The translations under genes and the position numbers were made by a program. 64,000 nucleotides of DNA from Gemmatimonadaceae bacterium (lineage in GTDB: Bacteria; Gemmatimonadota; Gemmatimonadetes; Gemmatimonadales; Gemmatimonadaceae): the NCBI GenBank assembly GCA_040901985.1, contig JBBDYC010000008.1, forward strand, positions 80,490 to 144,489, read 5' to 3'. Below, piece by piece: positions 38,501-47,377 of this stretch. The notes under the pieces were generated by a model. It was given only the letters and a program-made list of their open reading frames with translations. It was not told the origin of the DNA and did no database searches. Every line of letters begins with the position of its first letter. Position 1 is the first letter of the stretch.

Positions 38501-41500
38501 CACGGTCGTACCGCCGCCGGCGAGCGCAGTGATCACGACATTGGCCGAGAGCTGGCCGCCCGGGATGAAGGCGGGGTCGGGCGAGATCTCGACGCGTCCC
38601 GCCGTCCCGTACGCGTAGGTGATGTACGTGCCGCCCGCCGGCGACGGGTCGGTGAGCAGGACCTGTGTGCCCACCTCGTCCGTCGCGACGAGCGAGTACG
38701 ACGAGCTGCTGAAGCGCACGGTCGCCTGCACGGCGAGCGACGCCGTGTCACCGGCATATCCGCTGCCCCCGCCGTCGGTGGCAAAGACCTGGGTGAGCCC
38801 GGCGCTGCGGCCGTTGAGCGTCGCGTTCCCCGCGGTTGCACCCGCCGAGATCGTGATGGATGACTGCGAGAAGTAAGCGAACGTGTCGGCCACCGCGAGG
38901 TTCACGGTCACCGGCCCGGTGTGCGGCTTGCTGAGGTAGATCGGGATCGAGACCGAGGCCGAGCGGCCAATCGAGAGCGTGTCGCGGCCGAACGAGATGA
39001 CCGCCGGGACATCGCCGCCAACCGTAATCGTCGCGCCGTTGGAGACGAGCGAGTCCTTGTGCGCCGTGATGATCGCCGTCCCGTTCGCCATACCGGTCAC
39101 GAGCCCGGTTGCGGCATCCACCGTCGCGACGGCCGTCGTGCCCGACACAAAGGTGACGCCGCTGATGGACTGCAGGTAGGAGCCGTCGGGATCCAGGCCG
39201 CGCGCGGTCAGCAGGACCACGCCGCCCGCCGAGATTGATGCGCTGGTGGGCGTCAGCTCGATGCTCGCCAGCACCTGCTGTACCCGCAGCGAGGCGCTGC
39301 CGAGGACGCCCTGCGCGGTGGCGCGGATCGAGGTGAGTCCGTTGGCCAGCGCCTCCGCGCGCGCAGTCGCCGTACCCACCGAATCAAGCACCGCCACCGA
39401 CGGGTTGGACGACTCCCAGGTGAAGATGATGCCGGACATCGGCGCGTCGAGGGTGTCGTACGCCACCGCGCGGTAACTGCGGGTGCGGCCGAGCGCCACG
39501 ACCGTGAAGGTGTCGGTGACGACGAAGCCGATCGAGTCGCGCACGACGGCGATCCGCGTGATCGGTGTCTTGATCGTCACGTTCGCGCTGCCGTAGATCG
39601 TGCCGGCGGTCGCGCGGATCTGGGTGGATCCGAGTCCGACGCCCGTCACGACGCCCGCGGTGTCCACTCCGGCGATCGCCGAGGAGACGACGCTCCAGGT
39701 GAAGGTTGGCTGGGTGAGCATCGGCACGCCGAGTCCGTCCACGGCCTGCGCGTCGAAGTCGAACGAGGCGCCGAGGTAGATCTCCTTCGCGCCCGGCGTC
39801 ACGGTCACCGACGAGAGCCGCTGGTCCACGACGATGCGGGTCGAATCCCGCGTCCCGCCGGCCTCGACCACGTGGATCCAGGCGGCGCCGGGCGCCACGG
39901 CAGTGACGACGCCCGTCGTGTCCACGCTCGCGATCGCCGGCGCATCGCTGCTCCAGGTGTAGCTCCCTTCCACGATGTTCAGGGCGACGTCGCGCGACTG
40001 CACCGTCAGCGCGGTCGTCTCGCCGAGCGACACCAGCGTGTCGAGCGCCGGCGACACGTCGGTTGTGACGATTGGCCCGATCCCGTCGTTCGCGAGCACC
40101 TCGACCGGAGAGCCCTTCAGCCCGTCGGACGAGACGGTCATTGTCTGCGTGCCGCTGGCTTCGCTGAGTGTCCACGTGACGGCCGCTCGGCCCCCCGAAT
40201 CGGTCGGGGTCGAGGCCGAACCGCCGGTCCCTTCGCCCACGGTAAAGGTCACGGTGACGCCAGGGACGCCATTGCCGAACGCGTCCACCACCCGCGCGAC
40301 CACCGGCTCCGGCAGGGTGTCGCCCGGCGGCGCCGTCTGCCCGCCGCCGGACTCGACATAAAGGGAGTCCGCTGCCGCCGCCGTGACCGTGAACGCCAGT
40401 GTCGTTGCGCCGACGAGCCCGCCCGCCGTCGCCTGCAGCGTGTAGTTCCCGCGAATGGTGAGCGTGAGCGAATCGAAGGTCGCGACACCGGCCACGGCGA
40501 CGACGCGCGTCCGGCCGCCAAGCGTCGCGCCCGCCGAGCCGGACGCGATGGCAATCATCACGCTATCGGTGAACGTCGGCACCAGCACGCCTTCGGCGTC
40601 CCGCGCCTCCACGACGACCGGCGACAGCACTGCCCCGGCCTCGACGGACTCCGGCGGCTGCGTGGTCACCGCCAGTTGCGTCGGGCCGCTCCACTCGGCG
40701 GTCGCGTTGACCACGAGCGAGGTCGCGCCCGTCGCGCTCACGGTCACTGACTGCGTGCCGACCGTGGCGCCGAGCGTCCAGCGGAACGCCGCCTGACCGA
40801 GCGTGTCCGTGACCAGTGTGGCGGATGACACACTGCCACCGCCCGTCGTCACCGCCACCGTCAGCGATTCGGCGGCCATCCCGAGTCCGTCCGTCGCGTT
40901 GAGCCGCACGCGGATCGAATCGGCGAGCGGCTGCCCGGTGTCGCCGGTCTGGTTGCCGCCGGCGAGGAGCGCGATGGCGCTCGGCTTCGGCAGGATCATC
41001 ACGATCCCGACTGCCTCGGCGCTGCCGTCCACGAGCGCGGCGCGGATGCGTGCCGCCCCACGTGCGGGGAGCGTGCTTCCGGCTCCGGCGGGAGTGACGG
41101 TCGCGCGCGTCGGGTCGAGCGCGCTGTACACGATCGGTGCCGTGGAGACAACGCTGTCGCCCGCAACGTGATAGGCCGTCGCGGTGAAGCTGAACGGGTC
41201 GCCGGCGATGAGGGTGATTGTATCCGGCGCAATCGTGATCGAGTCGGCGTTCGCCCCAGGTCCGGTGTAGGTGAGCGGTACCTCGGTGGGGGCGGGTGCC
41301 ACCCCGCCCGTGCTCGTCGGCACGGCAATCACGTCCACCGGGCCGCCGCGGAAGACGGTGTCGCCGGCGGCGTTGATGTAGCGAAGGAAGAGTCGGAGCG
41401 GCTCGCCGGTCGCCGGCGCCGAGTTCGAAAGCTCGATCCTCAGGGCGAGCGAGAGCTCCTGCTGTCCGGCTGGGAACAGAACGACCGTGTCGAGCGCGAC

Positions 41501-41752
41501 CGCGCCGCTGGTGCGCAGGAAGAGAATGCGCACGCGCTCGAAGGGAACGACGGAACCGGCTCCCGCCTCGATCGAGGCCAGTGGCCCGGGGAACGCGGCG
41601 ATGAACGACAGCCCGGTGGCGTAGCGCGGAGTGACGCCGTCGAGCGGCCCGGTGACCTCACGCCCGCAACTGAGGAGCGAGAGCGCAAACAGTCCACCCA
41701 GCAACAACGCCGGGCGGACGGTCAGGGCGGAGCCTCGGAGTGAACCCTTCAC
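35516..41752 (-). CDS. Large surface lipoprotein with tandem Ig-like (Big_1/Big_2-like) and Calx-beta-like repeats
   Basis: Lipobox LLSC; WSS..P.IASVD..GVVTAV repeats; repeated IPAGxYY modules; Thr/Val/Ser-rich; 2078 aa. Confidence 0.85.
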   Translation of the reverse strand: MKGSLRGSALTVRPALLLGGLFALSLLSCGREVTGPLDGVTPRYATGLSFIAAFPGPLASIEAGAGSVVPFERVRILFLRTSGAVALDTVVLFPAGQQELSLALRIELSNSAPATGEPLRLFLRYINAAGDTVFRGGPVDVIAVPTSTGGVAPAPTEVPLTYTGPGANADSITIAPDTITLIAGDPFSFTATAYHVAGDSVVSTAPIVYSALDPTRATVTPAGAGSTLPARGAARIRAALVDGSAEAVGIVMILPKPSAIALLAGGNQTGDTGQPLADSIRVRLNATDGLGMAAESLTVAVTTGGGSVSSATLVTDTLGQAAFRWTLGATVGTQSVTVSATGATSLVVNATAEWSGPTQLAVTTQPPESVEAGAVLSPVVVEARDAEGVLVPTFTDSVMIAIASGSAGATLGGRTRVVAVAGVATFDSLTLTIRGNYTLQATAGGLVGATTLAFTVTAAAADSLYVESGGGQTAPPGDTLPEPVVARVVDAFGNGVPGVTVTFTVGEGTGGSASTPTDSGGRAAVTWTLSEASGTQTMTVSSDGLKGSPVEVLANDGIGPIVTTDVSPALDTLVSLGETTALTVQSRDVALNIVEGSYTWSSDAPAIASVDTTGVVTAVAPGAAWIHVVEAGGTRDSTRIVVDQRLSSVTVTPGAKEIYLGASFDFDAQAVDGLGVPMLTQPTFTWSVVSSAIAGVDTAGVVTGVGLGSTQIRATAGTIYGSANVTIKTPITRIAVVRDSIGFVVTDTFTVVALGRTRSYRAVAYDTLDAPMSGIIFTWESSNPSVAVLDSVGTATARAEALANGLTSIRATAQGVLGSASLRVQQVLASIELTPTSASISAGGVVLLTARGLDPDGSYLQSISGVTFVSGTTAVATVDAATGLVTGMANGTAIITAHKDSLVSNGATITVGGDVPAVISFGRDTLSIGRSASVSIPIYLSKPHTGPVTVNLAVADTFAYFSQSSITISAGATAGNATLNGRSAGLTQVFATDGGGSGYAGDTASLAVQATVRFSSSSYSLVATDEVGTQVLLTDPSPAGGTYITYAYGTAGRVEISPDPAFIPGGQLSANVVITALAGGGTTVTPVATGVSGQSSTVNTYAAVLDAYGTAWRLGAGQFRSDLWVQVPTYLSTGLTITMTSSDTTIATATSTITIPPGGYYAYYTLVGKVPGSVYVTATAPGFTADSILLTVSTPKIDLCCNQTRTTTSPESNLTVYVRDSVGTAYYRVNPLVVAIESSDTMIVRVNTPSATVNAGAYYTSDVRIVPGGEIGSAWIRASAAGHGVDSVQITVNGPKLSFGFSQLRVGAGQEYRNAYVQIPNYTATARTVFIQNSDPAIAGVPDSVVIPAGSYYQYFNLAGLAVGQVTLIATTAGHEPDTATFRVTTPKVSLSGGGTYDNFAAPTSVTVYSTDSTGYAYYRLAPLEITYVSTDTNVVRVVPLDTIPAGQYYVSGTPVTIVGVGTAQVIASAPGHGADTVSYTVRVPKLSFSFSTYRLGRRQASHPQQFYVSIPTSRSDTIPVTITQTNAAIDSLTTTTPDIPAGTYYRYFGTAGLGFGVDTLIASAPDYLPDTAIVRVTSTRLVASNLPGSATTTSPPTSFLVYATDSVGTSHYVLDTVVVEVTSTNSSVIQPTAASVRILPTQYYASAGVAFVGPGTAAMIVTDSLASGYAADTTNTTTVTGPSLSLYNGTPRLGMRQNNGQYGAYVQVPNYITDSPLVVYLVSTDRSVATVPDSVIIPVGAYYTYFQITAHDVVGTIQIQASALGYSGATVNQEVTAPKFVIYASTSVRTTSGPQTITVYATDANGTSHYVNEPVVVTLASSSVEVATVDSATVTIPAGGYYNNSARYHPVAAGSAQLSATDARVESYRYGTGTLNFSVTTPSLTLSWTTPVQLGIGQWSTEYVYTPDWQTSPLAVALAHKTAATSTADTVTIPASSYYRDFRLSGIAAGVDTITFSATGHNSVLGPVVVGQGRVDGIGGWPTTLNSDSVQVTLYTRAPNSTIRYVSAATTFTLSVDANLQFVSGGTASTPITSVVVPQDQYSVSFWLKRVSGGTANVSISATNYQTYNSTITVNSP

Positions 41753-41834
41753 CCCCCTAACGTACGGGTCCTGCCCGGGGGACTACAAGTATGGATGTAA
41801 CAGGCCGACCGTGACCCCAGTCACATCTGCCCCC

Positions 41835-43487
41835 TCATTGCGGGGGCGGTGGGGTCTGGCGCGTGGCCCGGGCACAGTCGCGCCAGACGCCCGGCGTCTG
41901 CTGCTGCCCGAAGGCCGGCAGGGGGTCGAGAATCTCCCGCGGCATCCGCTCGGGGTCCTCACTCGCGAGGTAGGTGAGCATCGCGGTCAGCGTGGCGTTG
42001 TTCTTGAGGTCTGACTCGACCACCTTGTCGAAGGTATCGCGGTCGGTGTGCCAGGTGGTGAAGGAATAGTCCCACGAGAGCGCGCCGAGGTTGAAGCCGG
42101 GCGCCCGGTGACAGACGAAGCTGGCGTGGTCGGTGCCGCCGGTGGCCTGCGGCCCGGTCGGCGACCAGCGAATCCAGCGGGTGATCTCGCTGGGGATCTC
42201 GCCGAGGTAGCGCTCGATCCGGCCCGCCGCGCCGGGGAAGGGGCCGGCGCTCATATTCACGACGCGGCCGGTGCCATTGTCCTGGTTCCAGAGTGCCTGC
42301 AGTCCGGCGACGACCTCCGGATGGTCCTCCGAGAAGGCCCGCGACCCGTTCAGGCCCTGCTCCTCGCCGCTCCAGTGCCCGACGATGATGGTGCGCTTGG
42401 GCTGCGGATAGGCCTGGCGGAGGATGCGCACCGCCTCGAGCATCGTGATCGTGCCGGTCCCGTTGTCGGTCGCGCCGGAGGCGGCGGACCACGAGTCGAA
42501 GTGCGCCGAGAGCATCACGTACTCATTGGGTTTCTCGCTGCCGCGGATCTCGGCGACGACGTTGAAGACCGGACGCTCGCCGAGGCGCTCGCTGTCAGTG
42601 AAGACGCGGACGCGCGGCGCCTGGCCGTTCTGCACCATCCGCATCAGGAGTCCGTAGTCCTCGCATCCGATCGCGAATGCCGGAATCCCCTGATTGGCCG
42701 AGCCGAAAACTTTCATGATGCCCGGGTAGTTGGAGAACTGGAAGGCGAAGACTCCGACCGCCCCGGCGTCCTTGAGCTTGCGCCAAATGCGCTGGGCGCC
42801 GCCAGCGGCGGTATTCATCGCGGTCCACTCGGTCTGGATCGCCTGCTGCGCCGCCGTGATGCGGGCGATCTCCTCCGGTGTGCCGAACTCCTGCCATTGG
42901 CCGGGCGAGCGGCAGGAGAGCCGCGCCGCGCTCATCAGGTAGATCTTCCCGCGGACGTTGGGCAGCCAGGCATCGAACTGCTCCGGCGTGGTGAAGCCGG
43001 CCGGCGGCGCGATCACCTCTGCCTCGATCGGCCGACCACCGGTGGACGGGCTCCAGGCGAGGGCGGTGGCCTCGAGCGTGCGCACGCGCGGCGCGAGAAG
43101 GTCCACGTGCGTGACGCCGCGGCTCCACCCTTCCCACGTGCCGTAGCGCTCCTTGCGGGCGCTGACGCCCCATCCCGCGTACTGCCGCACGATCCAGTCC
43201 TGCGATGCTTCCATCTGCGGCGAGCCGGTGAGGCGCTGGCCGAGCGGGTCGAGCAGTTGCTGGGCGAGTGTCATCGCCTGCGAGCGGTTCATCCCCTCGT
43301 CCCAGATGCGCTGGATGACGGCATCGGTTGCCGGGGTCCGGCGGATGTGCGCCGGGTAGCTGTCGGGTGGGATTGGGTCGGCGAGTCGGTTGCGCGCGCC
43401 CATCGGGGGCTGGGCGGCTCCGGCTGGCGGCTGGGCGGAGAGCGACGCGGCGGCAATGGCGAGCAGGACGAGGGCGCTGCGGAACAC
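41835..43487 (-). CDS. M28 family aminopeptidase/carboxypeptidase Q-like, secreted
   Basis: SAHFDSW, GATDNGTG, SGEEQGL.GS, TDHASF and WHT..DT; signal peptide from GTG 43487. Confidence 0.9.
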   Translation of the reverse strand: MFRSALVLLAIAAASLSAQPPAGAAQPPMGARNRLADPIPPDSYPAHIRRTPATDAVIQRIWDEGMNRSQAMTLAQQLLDPLGQRLTGSPQMEASQDWIVRQYAGWGVSARKERYGTWEGWSRGVTHVDLLAPRVRTLEATALAWSPSTGGRPIEAEVIAPPAGFTTPEQFDAWLPNVRGKIYLMSAARLSCRSPGQWQEFGTPEEIARITAAQQAIQTEWTAMNTAAGGAQRIWRKLKDAGAVGVFAFQFSNYPGIMKVFGSANQGIPAFAIGCEDYGLLMRMVQNGQAPRVRVFTDSERLGERPVFNVVAEIRGSEKPNEYVMLSAHFDSWSAASGATDNGTGTITMLEAVRILRQAYPQPKRTIIVGHWSGEEQGLNGSRAFSEDHPEVVAGLQALWNQDNGTGRVVNMSAGPFPGAAGRIERYLGEIPSEITRWIRWSPTGPQATGGTDHASFVCHRAPGFNLGALSWDYSFTTWHTDRDTFDKVVESDLKNNATLTAMLTYLASEDPERMPREILDPLPAFGQQQTPGVWRDCARATRQTPPPPQ

Positions 43488-43503
43488 GGGTGACTCCGGT
43501 GAG

Positions 43504-44073
43504 TTAGTTGACCTTCGCGTCCTTCCACTTGATGTTGCAGCCGATGCTTGGGATCTGCTCCCCTTCCACCGGCCGGCCGGCGAGCACCGCGTCGAGCGCC
43601 GCGCGCACGTCGCGGCCGGTGACGGGCACGCCGTTCTGGGGTCGGCTGTCGTCGAGCTGTCCGCGGTACACCAGCGTCCTCGCCTTGTCGAAGACGTAGA
43701 ACTCCGGCGTGCAGGCGGCTTGGTATGCCTTGGCCACCGCCTGCGACTCGTCGAAGAGATACGGGAAGGTGTAGCCGCGCCGCTTCGCCTCGCGCGCCAT
43801 CTCGGCAGGTGAGTCGTCGGGCGTCGAGACGATGTCGTTCGAGCTGATCGCCACCACCGCCACCTTGCGCGGTTGGTAGTCGGCGCCAAGGCGCGCCAGC
43901 TCCGCCGCCACGTGCTTCACGTACGGACAGTGGTTGCAGATGAACATCACCAGGAATGCGTCGGACGTCGCGTAGTCGTCGAGCGAGACCGAGCGGCCGT
44001 CAACGACGTTCGGGAGCGAGAAGCCCGGCGCAACGGTGCCGAGCGCGAGCATCGTGCTGGCGGTGCGGACCAC
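43504..44073 (-). CDS. Thioredoxin family (AhpC/TSA-like) protein
   Basis: MFICNHCPYV, FPYLFDE.Q, ACTPEF and SIGCNIKW. Confidence 0.92.
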   Translation of the reverse strand: MVRTASTMLALGTVAPGFSLPNVVDGRSVSLDDYATSDAFLVMFICNHCPYVKHVAAELARLGADYQPRKVAVVAISSNDIVSTPDDSPAEMAREAKRRGYTFPYLFDESQAVAKAYQAACTPEFYVFDKARTLVYRGQLDDSRPQNGVPVTGRDVRAALDAVLAGRPVEGEQIPSIGCNIKWKDAKVN

Positions 44074-44101
44074 TGGGTGACCCCCTTTCGCGGCGTTGGA
44101 G

Positions 44102-44566
44102 CTAGAAGCGGAAGCCCGCGCCGATCGTCAGCCAGTTCGTCGCCGGGTCGTTCAGGGTCGTGTTGTACGACGCGGTCAACTCGAACTTGAGGAATCCGAC
44201 GGACACGTTCGGCGAGAGTCCGAACTTCTCGCTGTCGCTGAAGTAGGCCGCCTCGATGCCGAGGTCAACCATCGGGACGAGAAAGAAGTGCGGGCCCGCC
44301 TGCAGCGTGAAGAAGTCGAGGTCGTCGGCGCCCGCCGCCGTGGGGGCGAACCGGTTCCAGGTGGCGCTCCCCATCAGCTTGACGAGCCCGAGCGGGACGC
44401 CGACGCGGCCGTACGCCCCGAAGCCGCTGTCGTACGACTCGGCGAAGTCGCCGGTCGGCATCGCACTGTGGGCGCCAAGCCGGATGTCGAAGACGGGGAC
44501 CTGGGCCCGGAGGGGCGCGGTCGTCGCGAGCAGGAGGCCGAGGGCGGCGAGCAGGCGGCGGGTCAT
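44102..44566 (-). CDS. Small outer-membrane beta-barrel protein
   Basis: Signal peptide; alternating beta strands; C-terminal GAGFRF. Confidence 0.75.
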   Translation of the reverse strand: MTRRLLAALGLLLATTAPLRAQVPVFDIRLGAHSAMPTGDFAESYDSGFGAYGRVGVPLGLVKLMGSATWNRFAPTAAGADDLDFFTLQAGPHFFLVPMVDLGIEAAYFSDSEKFGLSPNVSVGFLKFELTASYNTTLNDPATNWLTIGAGFRF

Positions 44567-44649
44567 TGGCGTGAACCTCAGGTGGTCAGTGGAAGAAGGT
44601 CGCAGGCGTTGTACCACGATGGGCGTGATCGGTTCAGGGTACCGCGGCG

Positions 44650-45258
44650 TCAGGCCTCGTGCCGCATCTCCTGCTGGAGGCTCCGCCACGCCCAGACGGT
44701 GAGGCCGATCCCGAGCGCAAACACGGCGGCAAAGACGAGCACGTTGCGCTCGAGGAACGCCTCTCCAAGATAGACCACGACGAGGACGTAGGGGAGTTCG
44801 GCGAGGAGGATGATCAGCAGGTAGCGCGGGAAGGGGTAGCGGACGAGGCCCAGCACGTAGCTCGGCAGCTCCGACTGCAGCGCAATGCGGAAGAGCAGGA
44901 TGCTCCGCCACCGCGCCCTGGTTCCAAAGAACGTCTCGTAGCGGTGGAGCCGTGCGCCGGGGAGCAGGCGGATCACCGCACGACGGCCGAGCGTGCGCGC
45001 GAGCCAATAGCCGAGCGTGCCGCCGAGCGTCCCGCCGAGCCAGAGCAGGAGGAGCGTCGTCGTCGGTCCCCAGACGTAGACGCCGATTGGCACCAGCGCC
45101 GTGCTCGAGAAAAAGGTGAGCGTGGCCGAGACGCCGGCGAGGAGCAGGAAGAGCAGCTTCCCGCCGCGTGGGTACTCGGTGATCAGCGCCTCGGCGGCCT
45201 TGAGCGTCTCGAGCACCGCCTGGTGCAACGGGTCGAAGGTCGCGACGGCGACTGCCAC
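44650..45258 (-). CDS. DedA/TVP38 (VTT domain) membrane protein (possible CTG start at 45315)
   Basis: G..LGGTLGYWLAR.LGR, SYVLGLVR.PF.RY; frame open 19 more codons to a CTG with a GAGG RBS. Confidence 0.8.
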   Translation of the reverse strand: MAVAVATFDPLHQAVLETLKAAEALITEYPRGGKLLFLLLAGVSATLTFFSSTALVPIGVYVWGPTTTLLLLWLGGTLGGTLGYWLARTLGRRAVIRLLPGARLHRYETFFGTRARWRSILLFRIALQSELPSYVLGLVRYPFPRYLLIILLAELPYVLVVVYLGEAFLERNVLVFAAVFALGIGLTVWAWRSLQQEMRHEA

Positions 45259-45356
45259 CGCGAGGACGGTGGCGATCAGGAGGATCCGGCGGAAGTGGAG
45301 CGGGTGGTTGACCAGGTCTGCCTCGCGGCGCGGACGGGTGCGCCGTAATCTAGGCG

Positions 45357-46523
45357 ATGAGCCGCAACCCGCTCTTCATCCTGACGGTCCTCTCGTTGCT
45401 CGTCGTGCTCTCCGAGTGGATCGTCCGGCGCACCGCGCTCCGCCACGTCGGGTCGGCGCTGGTCGTCATCATCCTCGGCGCCGTCGTGTCGAATCTGGGG
45501 CTCATCCCCACCAGTTCCACGCCCGATGCCCCGGTGCCCGTCTACGACGCGGTGTTCGGCGTCGTCGCGCCGATCGCGATTTTCTGGCTCCTGCTCGCCG
45601 TCAACCTGCGGGACGTGCTGAAGGCGGGGCTTCCCCTGATCGCACTCTTCGCGGTCGGCGCGCTGGGGACGATGCTCGGCGTCTTCGCCGGGATGGCGCT
45701 CGTGGACGGCGCCGAGCGAATCGGGCCGCTCTACAACGCCGTCGGCGGAATGTTCACCGGGACGTACATCGGCGGGAGCATCAACTTCAACGCGGTCGCG
45801 CTGGAGTACGGCGTGATGCGCGACGGCCTGCTGTATGGCGGCACGGTGGCGGTGGACAACGTCATCACGACGCTCTGGATTGCCGCGACGCTGGCGCTGC
45901 CACGCCTGTTGCTTCCGATTTGGCGTGGCGTGCGCCCCCGCCCGGACGGCGCGGCGGTCGCGGCGCCCATCATTGACGTGGCCGCCGAGATTGAGACGAT
46001 TGACCCGCGGAAGCTCGCGCTCGTCCTCGCGCTAGGCACCGGCGCGCTCCTGGTGTCCCGCGTGGCGGCCGACGCGTTGGCGCGTGCCGGCGCCAACGTG
46101 CCATCCATCCTGATCATCACCGTCCTCGCGCTCGCGCTGGCGCAGGTCCGCGCGGTGAGCGCGCTGCCGGGCTCGCGCGTGGCCGGGATGTACGCCGTCT
46201 ATCTCTTCCTCGCCGTGATCGGGGCGTTCTGCGACATCGGCGCGATGGCGGGGCTGGGCGCGCTCGGCGCGACCCTGTTGGTCTTTGCGCTGGTTACCGT
46301 GCTCGTGCACGGCGTGGTCACGTTCGGCGCGGCGTGGCTCTTCAAGCTGGATCTCGACGGCGCCGCCGTGGCGTCGCAGGCGAATGTCGGGGGCGCGACG
46401 TCGGCGCTGGCGCTGGCGAAGAGTCTTGGCCGCGAGGACCTGCTCCTGCCGGGAATCCTGCTCGGCTCGCTCGGGAATGCGATCGGGACATTCCTGGCGT
46501 TCCTGATGGCGCGGCTGCTGTGA
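45357..46523 (+). CDS. DUF819 family membrane protein
   Basis: GTYIGGSINF.AV and ASQANVGG..SA; about 11 TM. Confidence 0.85.
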   Translation: MSRNPLFILTVLSLLVVLSEWIVRRTALRHVGSALVVIILGAVVSNLGLIPTSSTPDAPVPVYDAVFGVVAPIAIFWLLLAVNLRDVLKAGLPLIALFAVGALGTMLGVFAGMALVDGAERIGPLYNAVGGMFTGTYIGGSINFNAVALEYGVMRDGLLYGGTVAVDNVITTLWIAATLALPRLLLPIWRGVRPRPDGAAVAAPIIDVAAEIETIDPRKLALVLALGTGALLVSRVAADALARAGANVPSILIITVLALALAQVRAVSALPGSRVAGMYAVYLFLAVIGAFCDIGAMAGLGALGATLLVFALVTVLVHGVVTFGAAWLFKLDLDGAAVASQANVGGATSALALAKSLGREDLLLPGILLGSLGNAIGTFLAFLMARLL

Positions 46524-46609
46524 GGGTGGGGGGCGGGCCGAGCATTGCCGGCTCGCCGATTGCGCGTCCATATTCGGCGGGCGTCATTCCGGATCATTCA
46601 GGAGGCACG

Positions 46610-47248
46610 ATGAAGCCGCTCAGGTTCAGTGTCATCGTCGGGGCGATCGCGCTCTTGGCCGCCGCATCGTCCACCGGCTGTCGGCGCGCGATCGTCATCG
46701 TGCCGCAGACGGAGCGCGGCTACACGGCGACCGACACGCTCTGGGGTCGCTACAAGGGCAACAACGTGCGGGTCACCTTTCGCTTCGACACGCTTTGGCG
46801 CCGGGACACCGTGACGCGCCTCGACACGCTCTGGCGCGCTGGCACGCGAACGCTCGTGCGAGTGGACACGCTGCTCGTGCTGCACGTGGATACCGTCGTG
46901 CGCCGGGACACCGTCCGGGTGACGGTGCGCGACACCATCCGGGTCACGGTGCGCGACACCATCCGGGTCACGGTGCGCGACACGGTGCGGCTGGCGGGCC
47001 GACGTCAGCTCTTCGTGCCGCCAGGTCAATACCCGCCCGACGGCCAGTGCCGGGTGTGGGTCCACGACCTTCCGCCGGGGCGGCAGGCGGCCGCGGCCCC
47101 GTGTAACGCGCTCGGCACGATTCCGGCCGGGGCGTTCATCCTGTTCCGTGGTGACGCGTGGGACTTTGACTACGACTGGGTGGAGGAGGCGCGTCGTGGC
47201 GCTGTGCCGCCGGAGATCGTCGCGCTCAAGCGGCGAGGCGGAAGATAG
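46610..47248 (+). CDS. Hypothetical lipoprotein with DT-x-R/V repeats and PPGQYPP.GQCRVW domain
   Basis: GGAGG RBS; lipobox STGC; repeats of RDT(I/V)RVTV. Confidence 0.7.
   Translation: MKPLRFSVIVGAIALLAAASSTGCRRAIVIVPQTERGYTATDTLWGRYKGNNVRVTFRFDTLWRRDTVTRLDTLWRAGTRTLVRVDTLLVLHVDTVVRRDTVRVTVRDTIRVTVRDTIRVTVRDTVRLAGRRQLFVPPGQYPPDGQCRVWVHDLPPGRQAAAAPCNALGTIPAGAFILFRGDAWDFDYDWVEEARRGAVPPEIVALKRRGGR
46904..46990 (+). repeat. 24-bp coding tandem repeat (about 3.5 copies)
   Basis: cgcgacaccatccgggtcacggtg units encoding RDTIRVTV. Confidence 0.85.
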
Positions 47249-47377
47249 CGGACTGACGGGGGGGGCACGACGCGCTTCCGTCGGCGGTTCGCCTACGGCG
47301 AATCTCCGACAGGCCGCGGTCGAACCCCCGATTGCGCGAGCGACCCCGATGTCCGAGCATGAGGACGGGAGCCCAGT

